Source: Mytilus edulis (lineage: Eukaryota). Taken from it: DNA of 64,000 nucleotides. A program made the translations under genes and the position numbers. Under the pieces are notes generated by a model, which was not told where the DNA came from, did no database searches, and saw only the letters and a list, made by a program, of their open reading frames with translations. Location of the stretch: positions 39,308,001 through 39,372,000 of the forward strand of contig NC_092357.1 in NCBI RefSeq assembly GCF_963676685.1, in the 5' to 3' direction. Positions 37,735 through 49,616 of the stretch are shown here, piece by piece; position 1 is the stretch's first letter; every line of letters starts with the position of its first letter.

Positions 37735-40556
37735 CTCGTATAATTACAGCTTTTTGTCACCATAGGCTGTTCTCGCGTATCGGCAAACTTGACGATCATA
37801 AACGTCAGTATTTGAAAACTAAATATACACATGGAACAAAGTCTTGCAACAGCTTGATTTTTAAAAACTTGAAAAATCTGCTTCTTATTTTGGATGGAAT
37901 ATGTTAAAATATTTGTAAAATAATAGTGAAATATAGTTTATGATATCATTGGCATTTTAAAGAACACAAAATATTTAAAAAAAAATTGATTTATCTAACC
38001 ACAATTTTAGTAACAAAATGAAGTGTTTTTGGTACAGAAAAATGCATTTAACAACTTTACTGTGGTCGAACTTTACAATATCAGACTTTTCAAAATTAAT
38101 TTTAGGATGATTGTTCACATCATGGTTGATCGTTATACGCCAAAGAAATAGTACTTTGTGCGCAGCACCCGTTCAAACGGATAAGCGCCTCTTAACGTCT
38201 TCTGATTCATGCCATAAATCGACTAATTTGTTGCTAAGGTAGCAGCAACCATTTCTGACGAAGGGCTTTGTTTCTTTCATGACGTGTTTGAACTGGGATG
38301 TCCTTTCGCGCACTTTACACCTGATAGTGTCCCATATATGCTCGATATGGTTCAAATCCGGGCTACGATCGGGCCAAGGAAGATGAACCGAATTCCACTG
38401 GAACATTTGATCTGCCTTCACGATGCTAATTTCCAACATTGGCGAGCTCTGCACTACATTGGATACGGACAACTGTGTGTCTGTTCGTAACCAAAGGTCC
38501 CCGAAATGGTCTTATCGCACGAAAACCAGAAGCGATGAGTCGATCTCGAACAGTTCTTGTTAAAAGGCTTCTGTATTCCCACCACTCTATTTTAAGGATT
38601 GTATTTTATGCAATGTGTTTCCTTCTGATCAACCTTCATTATGCTTGATTTTCCTTTAGCAGATGGTATAATGGTTCTTCTTGATGTCGGAAGGTATTTA
38701 ACATCGTATATTTCCTGATTTTTATTCTCAAAACGACTTATAGTGGAATTGTGATGACCAACAATACGTGCGGTTGTCACAGAGACGTTCCTGCTTCTCT
38801 CATGTTGATAATAAGCCGTCTTGCTGCAGTTAAGAATTGTGGAGGACCCATTACAAGGTGTCAATCACATAACTTTATAAACTTGGTTATTTAAAGTGTT
38901 TAAAACAATGAGGATACAAATATCTGTTTTGCTGTTTACGGGTACAGTAGCTGCATGTGCAGATAAAAACTTATCGAGTCGATATTAATTGATTAAACTC
39001 AAGTGATATTTAAATAATGTTTGACTTGTTCTATTTTATCAAATTATATTACAATAAAATAAAGAGTGTTTTTTAATTTTAATTTCAATTTGGTGTTTAC
39101 TTTTTGCAATACTTTTTTCAATGTGTATTTTATATTAGCAGAGGTATTGATTTTATCAACTTATCTAGTATATTTAAAGACTCTACCGTTCAAAACTTTA
39201 AACCTCCATATTTTGATAATATAGCACCTCCTATAATTGCATACACATGCAAAAAAACAGTAGAAGTTTGATTTTAATATAGATATTAATACTTCCTTGA
39301 CTTGAAACTGTGAATCCTCGAAGTTAAGATATGTTCCCTATGGCCATGTTATTACAGACGACATCAATATCGTCCAGGACAATGAGGTTAAAAACGTCAT
39401 GAAAAAAGGACCAAAATACCGTCCTCCATCTAAAATAGTTTGGAAAGAGTGACGTCAAGTCACCAAAGATGTGACGTTTTTTTATTTTAACGAACGCAAT
39501 CTATGTATTAGTGGTAAAAAAAATTAACTAGGGATATCGTTACCATAAATTACTTAAAACCTTTAATAAATTTTGCAATATATGTATAAATATGTGGTTT
39601 TGAAGTTTGGTTGTACCTGTAGAAAACTTGTTTCAAACTGGATAGCACATCCTCATTTTTAAGGAAATGTTGTTAAGCGTGCCCGGAAATTTAGATATGA
39701 TCCATGTAAACTTGTCGCTCCTTTAAATAAACTTATTTTAAAAGGTTAAATATTCAACACTGTAATAAGATCATTAAATAAAATGTAGTTTTTAATGGTA
39801 TAAAGATCAATTTTGTTATCAGTCAATTAAAGGCTAGTTAAATATTACCAGTATGTTATCTGCATATACATATGCATGGATCTACAATCTGTAGATACCT
39901 GTAACTTTGCATTGTACAAGGTCATTTTTTCTCTGGCTTTTTATGACTTCTTTACACACAATCTTTTGGATGTTGGATGTGTATGGATTGATAGTTTAGT
40001 CTTAGATGCATATTTTTATTATTAGTTGTTAGTGGCTTTTAACTAGAGAACAGCTAACTACGAGTACTATCAGATCTGTTCATTGTGTCTTTTTGGGTCG
40101 CGATGTATAAGTCCCCGGCCACGTCCACTTGTATTTTTGTCCGTCTGATGAGTTAAGCCTTTTTTTAATGATTTTTATAGTTCGTTCTCATGTTGTACTG
40201 TTATTCCACTGTCCTAGGTTAGGGAGATGGTTGGGATCCCGCCAACATGTTTAACCCCGCCACATCCTTTATGTATGTGTCTGTCTCAAGTCAGGAGCCT
40301 GTAATTCAGTGGTTGTCGTTTATTAATGTGTTACATATTTTTTATCGTAATTTTTTTTATACAAATAAGGCTGTTAGTTTTCTTGTTTTAATTGTTTTAC
40401 ATTTTCTTATCGCGGCCTTTTTTAGCTGACTATGCTGTATGGGATTTGCTAATTCTTGAAGGCTGTACGGTGACCCATAGTTGTTAATGTCTGCGTTATT
40501 TTGATTTGTTGTGGATAGTTGTGTAACTGGCAATCATACCACCATTTCTTTTTTAT
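37735..40556 (+). mobile_element. Internally deleted Penelope-like element (third family) with nested Tc1 and 3' repeat
   Basis: Fragments HHRLFSRI..., RGIDFINLSSIF, HVIT...KKGPKYRPP and ERNLCI...GYRYHKLLKTF. It ends in the TTTAACCCCGCC...CAAGTCAGGAGCC repeat. The whole block is absent from the paralog (~24150). Confidence 0.65.
37828..39125 (-). mobile_element. Tc1-family transposon remnant
   Basis: TA-flanked TIRs CACATGGAACAAAGTCTTGCAA / TTGCAATACTTTTTTCAATGTG. ORF pieces include an HTH-like segment (ARIVGHHNSTISR) and WPDRSPDLNHIEHIWD. Confidence 0.85.
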
Positions 40557-41166
40557 ATTGACCTTTTTCATGTATTTAAATCCATTTTCTGTTCATGTGT
40601 TTCGGTTGATGTACGATCACGCCCATTTCCCCTTGTCCCAAAAGTCATTGTTTATTAATGATTTGTATAGTAATATATACATCGCTATACAAAGCCCTGT
40701 GTCAGCTTAATTCTATCTCAATATGTATATTTCTTTTTCGTGTAGAAACGGTTTAAAATACAAGTCAGTACAATCAATATTAATATAAAAGAAGATGTGG
40801 TATGATTGCAGATGAGACTAATCACAACAAGCGACTAGAATGACACAGATATTAGCAATTATAGGTCACCTTACGGCCTGTAACAATGACAAAAGCTCAT
40901 GCCGCAAAATCAGCTATTTAAGGCCCCGAAATAACAATGTAAAACAATTCAAACGAAAAGACTAACGGGCTTATTTAGGTAAAACTTTATTACTGACAAT
41001 GCATTTGTAATGACACACTCATGTTGTTACACACTTATTGATAAGATACAGGGTTATGTCTCTTCGTATCAACATAAAAATGATTAACACGAATGAGATT
41101 ATTAGTTTATCGCCAATTCAGTTAAATCACCGTAAGTACATTTAAGTTGTTTCCCTTTACTCAAAC

Positions 41167-41264
41167 GGAAATGCCCGCTGAAAACGATAGAAATGTAACT
41201 GTGCTGTTGAAAAAAAAACAAAAAAAAACACAGTTTTGCTTCAAAAAATACTAGATAGGTAAGT
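41167..41264 (+). promoter_or_regulatory. Copy 3 promoter (degenerate kB and IRF-like sites) and exon 1 donor
   Basis: GGAAATGCCC, GAAAACGATAG, CAGTTT, donor GTAAGT at 41259. Confidence 0.5.
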
Positions 41265-42345
41265 TAAATCAAACAATCATAGTCAAAATAGAAAAGTCAA
41301 ACTTCTTATGATAGAGATGACAATACAAATTGTATGTTTACGTCGGTATTCAAGATAATAAAGAATGTATAATGTGATATGTAAATCCTACTTAAAATTG
41401 AGATACGTGTACATGTAGCATACGGACTTTATTCATTGCATCATTATAAAGAAAAGAAAATGAAAAAATTAATAAACACGGTAACACTAAATCTGTGTTC
41501 ATATATTAATTTTCCCTTATTTTTTTTTGCTTAGTTACCTCACTTGAAAAGCGACAGTGTCAATCTCTGTAAAAATGCAAATCGATGTTTAAAATATTAA
41601 TTTTGATATTTTTCTTTAACAAAGGCGTGTGGTGAATGGACCCCTCCCCTTTTTTTAATTCTTATTTTTGTTGATTAATTGTACTATTCTATGTTTTCTC
41701 ACGATATAAGAATGACAGTAGTTTGCAAGTTTCTGTATCGTTCTCATTAAAATTTTCCAAAAGTTTTAAATAAATTCTTACTCGTCTTTTATTCCGACTG
41801 TAATATATGATGTTTTATTCCCCTCCTCAAAATGCTTTTTTTTTTATTTATTTACCTTGTGAAATAAATTAGTATTGTCACAAATTAATAATCATGATAA
41901 TCGTTTAAAGTAATTGATAATATTTTTAGTACCTTGAGAAATAAACTAGTATTGTCACAAACTACTATTCGTCTTTAGTAATAGATAAGATTTTTGGTAC
42001 TCTATAATTGTTTTATATTTAATTTCGACATGGTTATCAATACATTTTGTTTTCTTGAAGACAAAACATTTAGATTACACATCTTTTTTTTTCTGCAGCT
42101 TTTCGGTCATTATTGCATAAAGAGTTTGAACAGTTCAGGCTGACCACTCACATATCGAAAAAATAAAAAATGTTTCGATGAAATTTCCTTGGAAAAATTC
42201 CATTAGATGTACTTCTATTCATGTCTACATTTAACCAGAAATCTTAACAGATCATTTGAGATTAACAAAAAAAAAAGGCCGCCCCAATTTTCATACTTTA
42301 GTGAGTATCTCAACCACAGACGCTATATCGTTCTTTTCTTACAGA

Positions 42346-43994
42346 ATGGCGGACAGTAAATTCTGTGCTGGTTGTCAGCGCAGTGGTGAAGAAATTACAG
42401 CTGTATCATGGTGCAGTGATTGCAGTGATTTTGTATGTAAGGCGTGTTCCAGGGTTCACGAAAAGATGTCCCCACCTCACAAGGTAGTACCAATCAAAGA
42501 AATACAACAACTCAGTTCTTCACTCCTCAAATTGTCCAAGAACTGTAAGAATCATCCTGGTCAAAAGATAATACTGTACTGCTGTCAACATGACAAAGTA
42601 ATCTGCGATTCATGTGTTCCGATATCACATCAACATTGCAAGTCTATCATTTCAATTGAAAGAGCAGCTAGAGGCGTGAAAGATGGCACTGCTATTTTTG
42701 ATCTAGAGAAAAGGCTTCCAATCTATATCAAGTTACAGAGAACATACTGAGTCAAAATAAGACAACACTTGTTGATTTAGAAAAAAATCGAAAAAAAATC
42801 AAGAAAAGGGTGTCGGAACTCAAGCAGAACATTATTGCTTATTTAGATAGGTTAGAAGCAGATATTCATAAAGACATTGATTCTAGGTATAAAACCTGTA
42901 CTGAGATGGTGACTCAAAAAAGAAATAGCTTCAAGTCCAGCTCAGACTCCCTGTCTACATGGAAAAGTGATCTCCATTCACTGAAGCAACATACATCAGA
43001 AATCCATTTATTCCAGTTGGTAAAATTTTTAGATTCAAAAACTTACCAGAAAGAATCGGAAATCAGAGATATCCAAGCAGCTACTGTTCCGATACTAAAA
43101 TATCATCCGTCAGAATCTGATTTCAACATTAGTAAACTAGTCCCAGACTTAGGTACAATAACGGTAGAAAATATCCAAATCCAAATGCCTTTACTAGATA
43201 TTGATCAACAAGGTCAAATTCTCGTTAGGGACGAAAGACAGTTAGCACTGTCACATTCATTCCCGACCACGAAATTTGGAAATAAAGTTACTATCAACAC
43301 AGGATGCTTTATTCCTAATAATAGGTTACTACTCAGTCAATTCACGGGCAAACAACTTCTTGTTTGTAAACTTGATGGATCGAACTCCAGCGTGATTAAT
43401 TTGGACTCTGAAACATTTAATACATGCTTATATGACAAAACCCACGCTGTAATATCTCTTCGTGATAAAGATATCCAGATCATCGACCTGACATCATGGA
43501 AGCCTGGTAGGAGAATTAGAATTGGTGGAGTATGTAGAGGAATGATCTGTGTCAAGGATAAGATCTGGGTAAAAAATCAACCTTACACTCTAACAATTGT
43601 GGATATCAATGGTAAAGTTCTAAGAGTAATTCAAACAACATTTGATCCTGATGACATCTGTGCTAATCAAGATGGTGATGTGTATTGTACTGACAACAAT
43701 TGTGATAAAGTATACGTTGTAACATCGGACGGAAAAGAACGTGAGATATACAACAGTCCTGACCTGAACGGTGCTGGTGGTGTAGCTGTAGATGACCATG
43801 GTGATGTATATGTAGCAGGATTTAGATCTAATAACATACATAGAATATCTAATGATGGACAGAAGCATGACATTGTCTTGACAGCTTTTGATGGCATCTA
43901 TCAGCCGACTGGTTTATCTTACAACAGTGAAACAAAAGAACTGTTAGTCATGAACAACTTTAATAATGCAATCAATATTTATAAAACACAATGA
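42346..43994 (+). pseudogene. RING-less TRIM-like protein, copy 3, single -1 frameshift
   Basis: AGGCTTCCAAT versus AGGCTTTCCAAT in copy 2 (one T missing at ~42717). Otherwise open; the corrected ORF is 549 aa. Confidence 0.85.
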
Positions 43995-45398
43995 ACACTG
44001 GCTAAGGAACACCATAATGACTGTAAACATTGGTGATTAGCATAACGATAAAAATTAAATGTGTATATATTAATGAAACATTTTTATATAATCGGGTTTA
44101 CAAATATTGCTGAAAAGTTGTTTTTTTCATATTAAGCTTGATCATTGTTGATACTGACAAATTAAAATATACTAAACATGACCAAATAATATTTGATAAA
44201 AATATCCATCTTAATCTGAATTCAATTTAAATATGTGACCTTTTTTCTAAAATATTGCGAATTAGAAAATAAAAAAAATAAATATTGGTTGACTTTTCGT
44301 ACTACAATGTAGTTAATTAATGAGTATTAAAACTTGCACACACGACACGAGCACTATAGCGGATTGGTATGCATAGTTTGGTTACACGTTCTATTTCAGT
44401 TCATTTCATCAAAAACAAAAATTACCGAATATTCTATAGGGGATCTGGTTTGAACAAAGAGTATTAAACGTCTGGTTATAACCACTATATCAATAGGTCA
44501 TCAGATATCGTTACTTCATTATCAAAGATACATTTTATCATAACAAGAATGCTTAAAAAAAATATGGGGAAGAAACCACTGAGTATAGGAGTTAATTACT
44601 CAATCTGATATGTCTATGTCGCATCTATAGCTAACTATAAAACCAGATTCAATCAACCATTTTCTACATATTAAGCAAATACCTGTACCAAGTCAGGAAT
44701 ATGACTGTCATTACCCTTTGGTTTGATGTGTTTGAGATTTTGATATTGCCATTTGATTAGGGATTTTCCGTTTTGAATTGCCATTGCTTTCAGTTTTGTT
44801 TATCTGACTTTTAATGTTTCAAGTGTCTTAGGTCTAGCATCTGTGTTTTTCTGTAATGGAATCATAGACAGTTTGCTACTGATTTTGAAAAAGATTTGTC
44901 TTTCTGTACTGTTGATTACGTTGCTGAACAAACTTTACAAAACGAATGATAAGCAACCAACATATTTCTGATTTATTACAAACATTTTGTGAAGACAATG
45001 ATTGGTTAAACCTGATATTGCTTGCTGAATCTCCCATTTGTATAACACATTAAAAAAAATGTTTATAGTACAGTTACGTTGATTCAATTTGGGGAACAGT
45101 TTATAGAGACATAATTAGTAGATAGATATAATAAGATGTGGCATGAATGACATTGAAACCACTCTTCATCAAGGTCACAATTTTGAAAAAAATAAACCAT
45201 TATAGGTGAAAGTACTGTTTTTTACACGGAGCCTTGGTGAGGAAGCCCATAAAAGAGTTCACTTATTGCGTATAAAAGGAGAAGCGTTGTATGTTCCTGT
45301 CTTAATTAAAGAACCTCGTTGTAAGTAAATTTTCACATCTTTATGTTTTTCGTTATTTTGAAACTTTGAAACTTTAGATAGTTTTCCTTTTATCAGAT

Positions 45399-45640
45399 TG
45401 GAATTCCAACAGAAAACGAAAGTTGAATGTGACTCGGTTGGTAAAAAAGACACAGACGTTTATAACAACAATCTGGATAGGTAAGTTAATTTCAAGAAAT
45501 ACATTTTATAAAAATACCTTTTTAAATTTAAAGTATACTGATTTTTATTTGCTAGAATATAACGATTTAAAACTTAAGAAAGATATATTAATTTTCTTTT
45601 TGTATTAGTTGTTCGTAATATTTCAAACTTGCACATGTGT
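45399..45640 (+). pseudogene. Relic TRIM-like locus: promoter and exon 1 donor fused to 3' flank, coding exon deleted
   Basis: TGGAATTCCA-ACA-GAAAACGAAAGT, then CTGGATAG|GTAAGT (45481), then TAGTTGT...TTTCAAACTTGCACA matching the 3' flank of copy 1 (~8614-8643). Confidence 0.55.
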
Positions 45641-46126
45641 AAATCTCGTTTTTTATGTGACCGAATGTTTCCTAATTAATCCAGATTAAAATAATGATAT
45701 AAAAATGCTGACTTTACGGAACAAGAATTAAATATTTCAAACTACGCTTAAACATTTAATAACATCAGTGGTTTCACCCTATAATAATTGGTCAAACATC
45801 GTTACTTTATTATCAAATGTACATTCCTATCATTTAAAAAATGCTTTAGAAGATATATAACGAAGAACAACTGTAAACAACACCACATTTTCACCACCGC
45901 AAATCGTTTTCTATAAAGACCCGTATCAATCTACCATTTTCTACATTTTCTATACCCAGTCAGGAATGTGGCAGTTGTTGTGCTTTCGTTTCATGTGTTT
46001 TATCATTTGATTTTGCAATTTGCGTGAAAAGCTTCTTTTTACCAATTCTTTTTTGCGTGATTCGATATGTTTGTTTCGGAACTTAATAGCGACATATTTC
46101 TCAAATTTTGATTTTAGAACCTTTAA

Positions 46127-46708
46127 GGTGGTATGGGTGTCTTCCTCCGTCTTGGATTGTAAAAACAGAGAACCAAAGGTCCAGATTTTCTATCAAGTTA
46201 GCAAAATTTGATGCACGAAAGCAGGTATTAAATGTAAATTTTCATTTAACAGAACCAATTTATAAGAAAATAACTTATAGATATTAAAAATTTGAAAATG
46301 TTGATTATTTTTGGTTGTTTTAAAATTGTCATTTTAAGGGGAAGTAACTCCAAAAAAGTGCATTTACTGAAGGTTTTTACATGGAATTTTTCTATTTTGT
46401 ATTTTAGCCAGAAAAAAATGTACGGTGACACTATCTTTTCTTTTGATAATCTCAAAGCATTGTCTGAAAACTATTTTTTCCTTAAGTATTTAACAATTCT
46501 ATCATTTTGTTTAGTTTCTAATCACAAATTGTTGTTTTTTTCCTGTATAATCCACGCAAAATGTGTCATTTTGTAACGTCCTGTAGCTTGAGAAAAAGCG
46601 CGGTGACCTATAATTATTACTTTATTTTTCAACATATATCAATAGATTCTACGTTTGGGCAAAGTATGAACAAGTTCTATCATTTTTATTTTAGACTCCC
46701 ATACCATC
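46127..46708. mobile_element. Non-autonomous Kolobok-like element
   Basis: TTAA|GGTGGTATGGGTGTCT ... AGACTCCCATACCATC|TTAA. Confidence 0.8.
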
Positions 46709-48128
46709 TTAAGCAACTGTCTTTTACTTCAATGGGACTATCTACAGTTTGTTCCCGATTCTATTCAAAAAAAATATTCTGTACTGTTGATGATTTAGCT
46801 GAACAAAACGAATGGAAAACAACATACATATTCCTGATGTGGTATGATAATGTTGTGAAGATAATTGTGGGATGAAGGTGGTTTTATAATTGAGAATGAA
46901 AAAAAAATGGAAATGTGTGAAAGGAACGACCAAAGAGCAGTAAGCAGCCTACTGCAAACAATGGGTCTGCAATGCAGCGAGACAGTCTCGCCCCCGGAGG
47001 AGTAATACAGCTGGTCCTTACCAAACATACGCAATAGTTTAGTAAAAATGGACGTCCTACTAAACTCCAAAATATATACAAGAAAGTAATATATAAAAAA
47101 GATATACACGACTTATAAAGGCATGACACTTCTGATTTGAAAGAGACGCAAAACTTCAGAGGGTTAAGCATGTTTGTTTAGACCTTACCCCTACCCTTAT
47201 AAATGTACTACTGGTCAATGTAGAAAAAATAAATACACAGCAATACGCACAGTTAAACTAAGTTTAAAAGACGTCTCAGTCATATGTCAGAATAGGTAAC
47301 AAAAGAAGCTAATTACAATTGACAATAATACGTAAATTAGCAATGGACTGATATCAGGTAATGACAGACAATGCTAAATCTGCAATTTGTTTACATTTGT
47401 TTACAATTCTATTACATTGCATTGATTCAATTCAAAATAATAGAATCAATGTAACGGAACTATAAACAACTTTTATTTGAAATCAATTGGGTGAACAATT
47501 CGCAGTGACACAAGGAAAAAAGTTGAGACTTTGAAAATTGAGTTAAACCCGTCCACCTTTTTATGTTCCTGTCCTAATTCAGAAACTTCTTTGTTAATCG
47601 TTTATTACATCTTTAATGATAAGGTATTGTTTTGCGCTTTTTTAGAATCATGTTTTAATGGCAAATGCGTGATTATTTCTGTCAAATATTTTGATATTAT
47701 TAGATTTAAAGCTTGGCATTTTATAAGCATTTGTTTGTTAACGTCGGTAACCAAGATAATAAAGAACGTATGTAATGATTATTTAAAAACTACACAAAAA
47801 GGCGTATTGTGGTATTTTCATATTCAATTGAGATACTTGTACATGTAGAATACGGACTTTTTAAAATAATATTATTCATTGCTACATTATGAAAAGAAAA
47901 GGAGAAAAATATTGAACAAGCTATCACTAAAACTGTGCTCATCTACCAATTTTCCCTTTTAACTTTGGTTAGGTACCTAACTTTAATAGCGACAGTTTCA
48001 ATCTCTGATCATTACGAATCAATGTTTTCAATACTTTTCTTGATATTTCTCTGAAAAAAGGGCGTTTTGTGCATGGACCCCCTTTTTTATTCTTATAGTT
48101 ATCAAAGGTACCAGGATTATAATTTAGT

Positions 48129-48172
48129 ACGCCAGACGCGCGTTTCGTCTTCATAAGACTCATCAGCGACGC
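48129..48172 (-). ncRNA. Minimal type I hammerhead ribozyme
   Basis: Minus strand reads GCGUCG-CUGAUGA-GUCU(UAUGA)AGAC-GAAA-CGCGCG-UC^UGGCGU: intact catalytic core, stem II, palindromic stem III loop, and stem I with GU pairs. It lies in a ~200-bp insertion (~48096-48296). Confidence 0.8.
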
Positions 48173-48648
48173 TCATATCAAAATATTTAAGAAAAAAAGC
48201 CAAACAAGTACAAAGTTGAAGAGCATTGAGGATCCAAAATTCCAAAAAATTGTGTCAAATACAGGTAATTTATGCCTGGGATAATAAAATCCTTATCATT
48301 GTTCATTAATTACACTGTTTGATTTTTTTCTTACGACAATAGAATGATAGTAGTTTGCATAGTTTGTGTATTTTGTTAGCAAAACAAATATTTCGTATGA
48401 AAGAACAGAAAAGTAAACATAACTATAATAGTTACAATACATTTGTAATGACACACCTACTATAATACATATAAATAAATAAGCGACCGAGTCTTAGAAT
48501 ATCTTTGATTTCTTGTTATATCAACATCAACACTAATTTATTTGATTTCTTTATTTGTTAGTATAGACACGGTAATTCGATTTAAATGTTAGCGCCGTTT
48601 CAGTCAAATCAACTTTTGTTCATTTAGATAGTCTCCTTTTAATCATCA

Positions 48649-48745
48649 GGGGATTCCCACTTAAAACGAAAGTGATCTATATGTGCCTTGGTTGATAACA
48701 AACAAAAGACACAGTTTTATTTGAAAACAACCTGGATAGGTAAGT
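48649..48745 (+). promoter_or_regulatory. Copy 4 promoter: canonical kB site, IRF-like site, exon 1 donor
   Basis: GGGGATTCCC (48649-48658), AAAACGAAAGTG (48663-48674), GATAA, CAGTTT, donor GTAAGT at 48740. Confidence 0.6.
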
Positions 48746-49260
48746 TAAAACAAACAAATCAAAATCAAAATAGAAAAGGGAAACTTCTAATGATAAAGAT
48801 GACAATATAAATTGGTTGTTTAAGTCGGTAACCAAGGAAATAAAGTAAGTTTGTCATGATTATTTGTAAACTACATGCAAAGGCGTATTGTGGTATTTTT
48901 AAATTGAGATACGTGTACTTGTAGCATACGGATCTTTTCATTGCTGCATTATGTTGTAAAAAATTAAAAAAAAAAAATAAGATTGCACTAAAGCTGTGCT
49001 CATATACCAATTTTTCCTTTTGATTTGCTTAGTAACCTAATTTCAAAAGTGGCAAGAGGTTTTTAGTAATTTAATTTCTTGAAATTTCTATGAAACAAAA
49101 GTGCCTGGTGTATGGGACCCTCTCCTTTTTTTATTCTTATAATTGGTCATTAATTTCACAATTTGATGTTTTCTCACGATATTAAAATGACAGTGGTTTG
49201 CATATTTCTATATCACTCATTTCAAATTTTCCAAAAGACTGTAGTATATGAAGTTGTACA

Positions 49261-49291
<31 letters not shown>

Positions 49292-49616
49292 AATGTAATT
49301 TTTCTTGTATAGCAATGTGTAGGGTTTTTTTTTAAATTCTTTCTCATGAGATATTTTTTTTTTTTTATGACACACACACCATCGTATGTAATTGATGAAA
49401 TTTTTGTACTCTCTAATTGTGTTACATGTACTTATTTGAATATAATACATAAATGCGCCTTTTTTTCTTGAAAACAACACTTTTAGACATTACATTTATT
49501 TATTTTTTTCTAAATTTTGTCATTACCGGATACGAATGAAAATGTGCTCATATTATTTCTTTGGAAACATTGCCATAAAATGAAATATTGCATACGCTAT
49601 GTTTTTCTATTACAGA

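Larger units (their letters stand above)
16345..44100. repeat. Segmental duplication: spacer plus TRIM-like gene (~16345-27900 versus ~32460-44100)
   Basis: Collinear similarity from TTTACCCAGAGCCCATTAC through the spacer, promoter, intron and CDS. The two units differ by copy-specific TE insertions. Confidence 0.85.

Noticed and set aside
26147-43994. DGR-like system (RT located between genes with variable C-termini)
   Set aside because: The RTs are decayed Penelope/LINE fragments, there is no template repeat, and the variation is not adenine-specific.
49217-49480. Poly-Gly ORF / G-quadruplex from the C-run at ~49261-49289
   Set aside because: Intronic homopolymer that corresponds to a short CCCCTCCTC in the paralogs; its length is unreliable.
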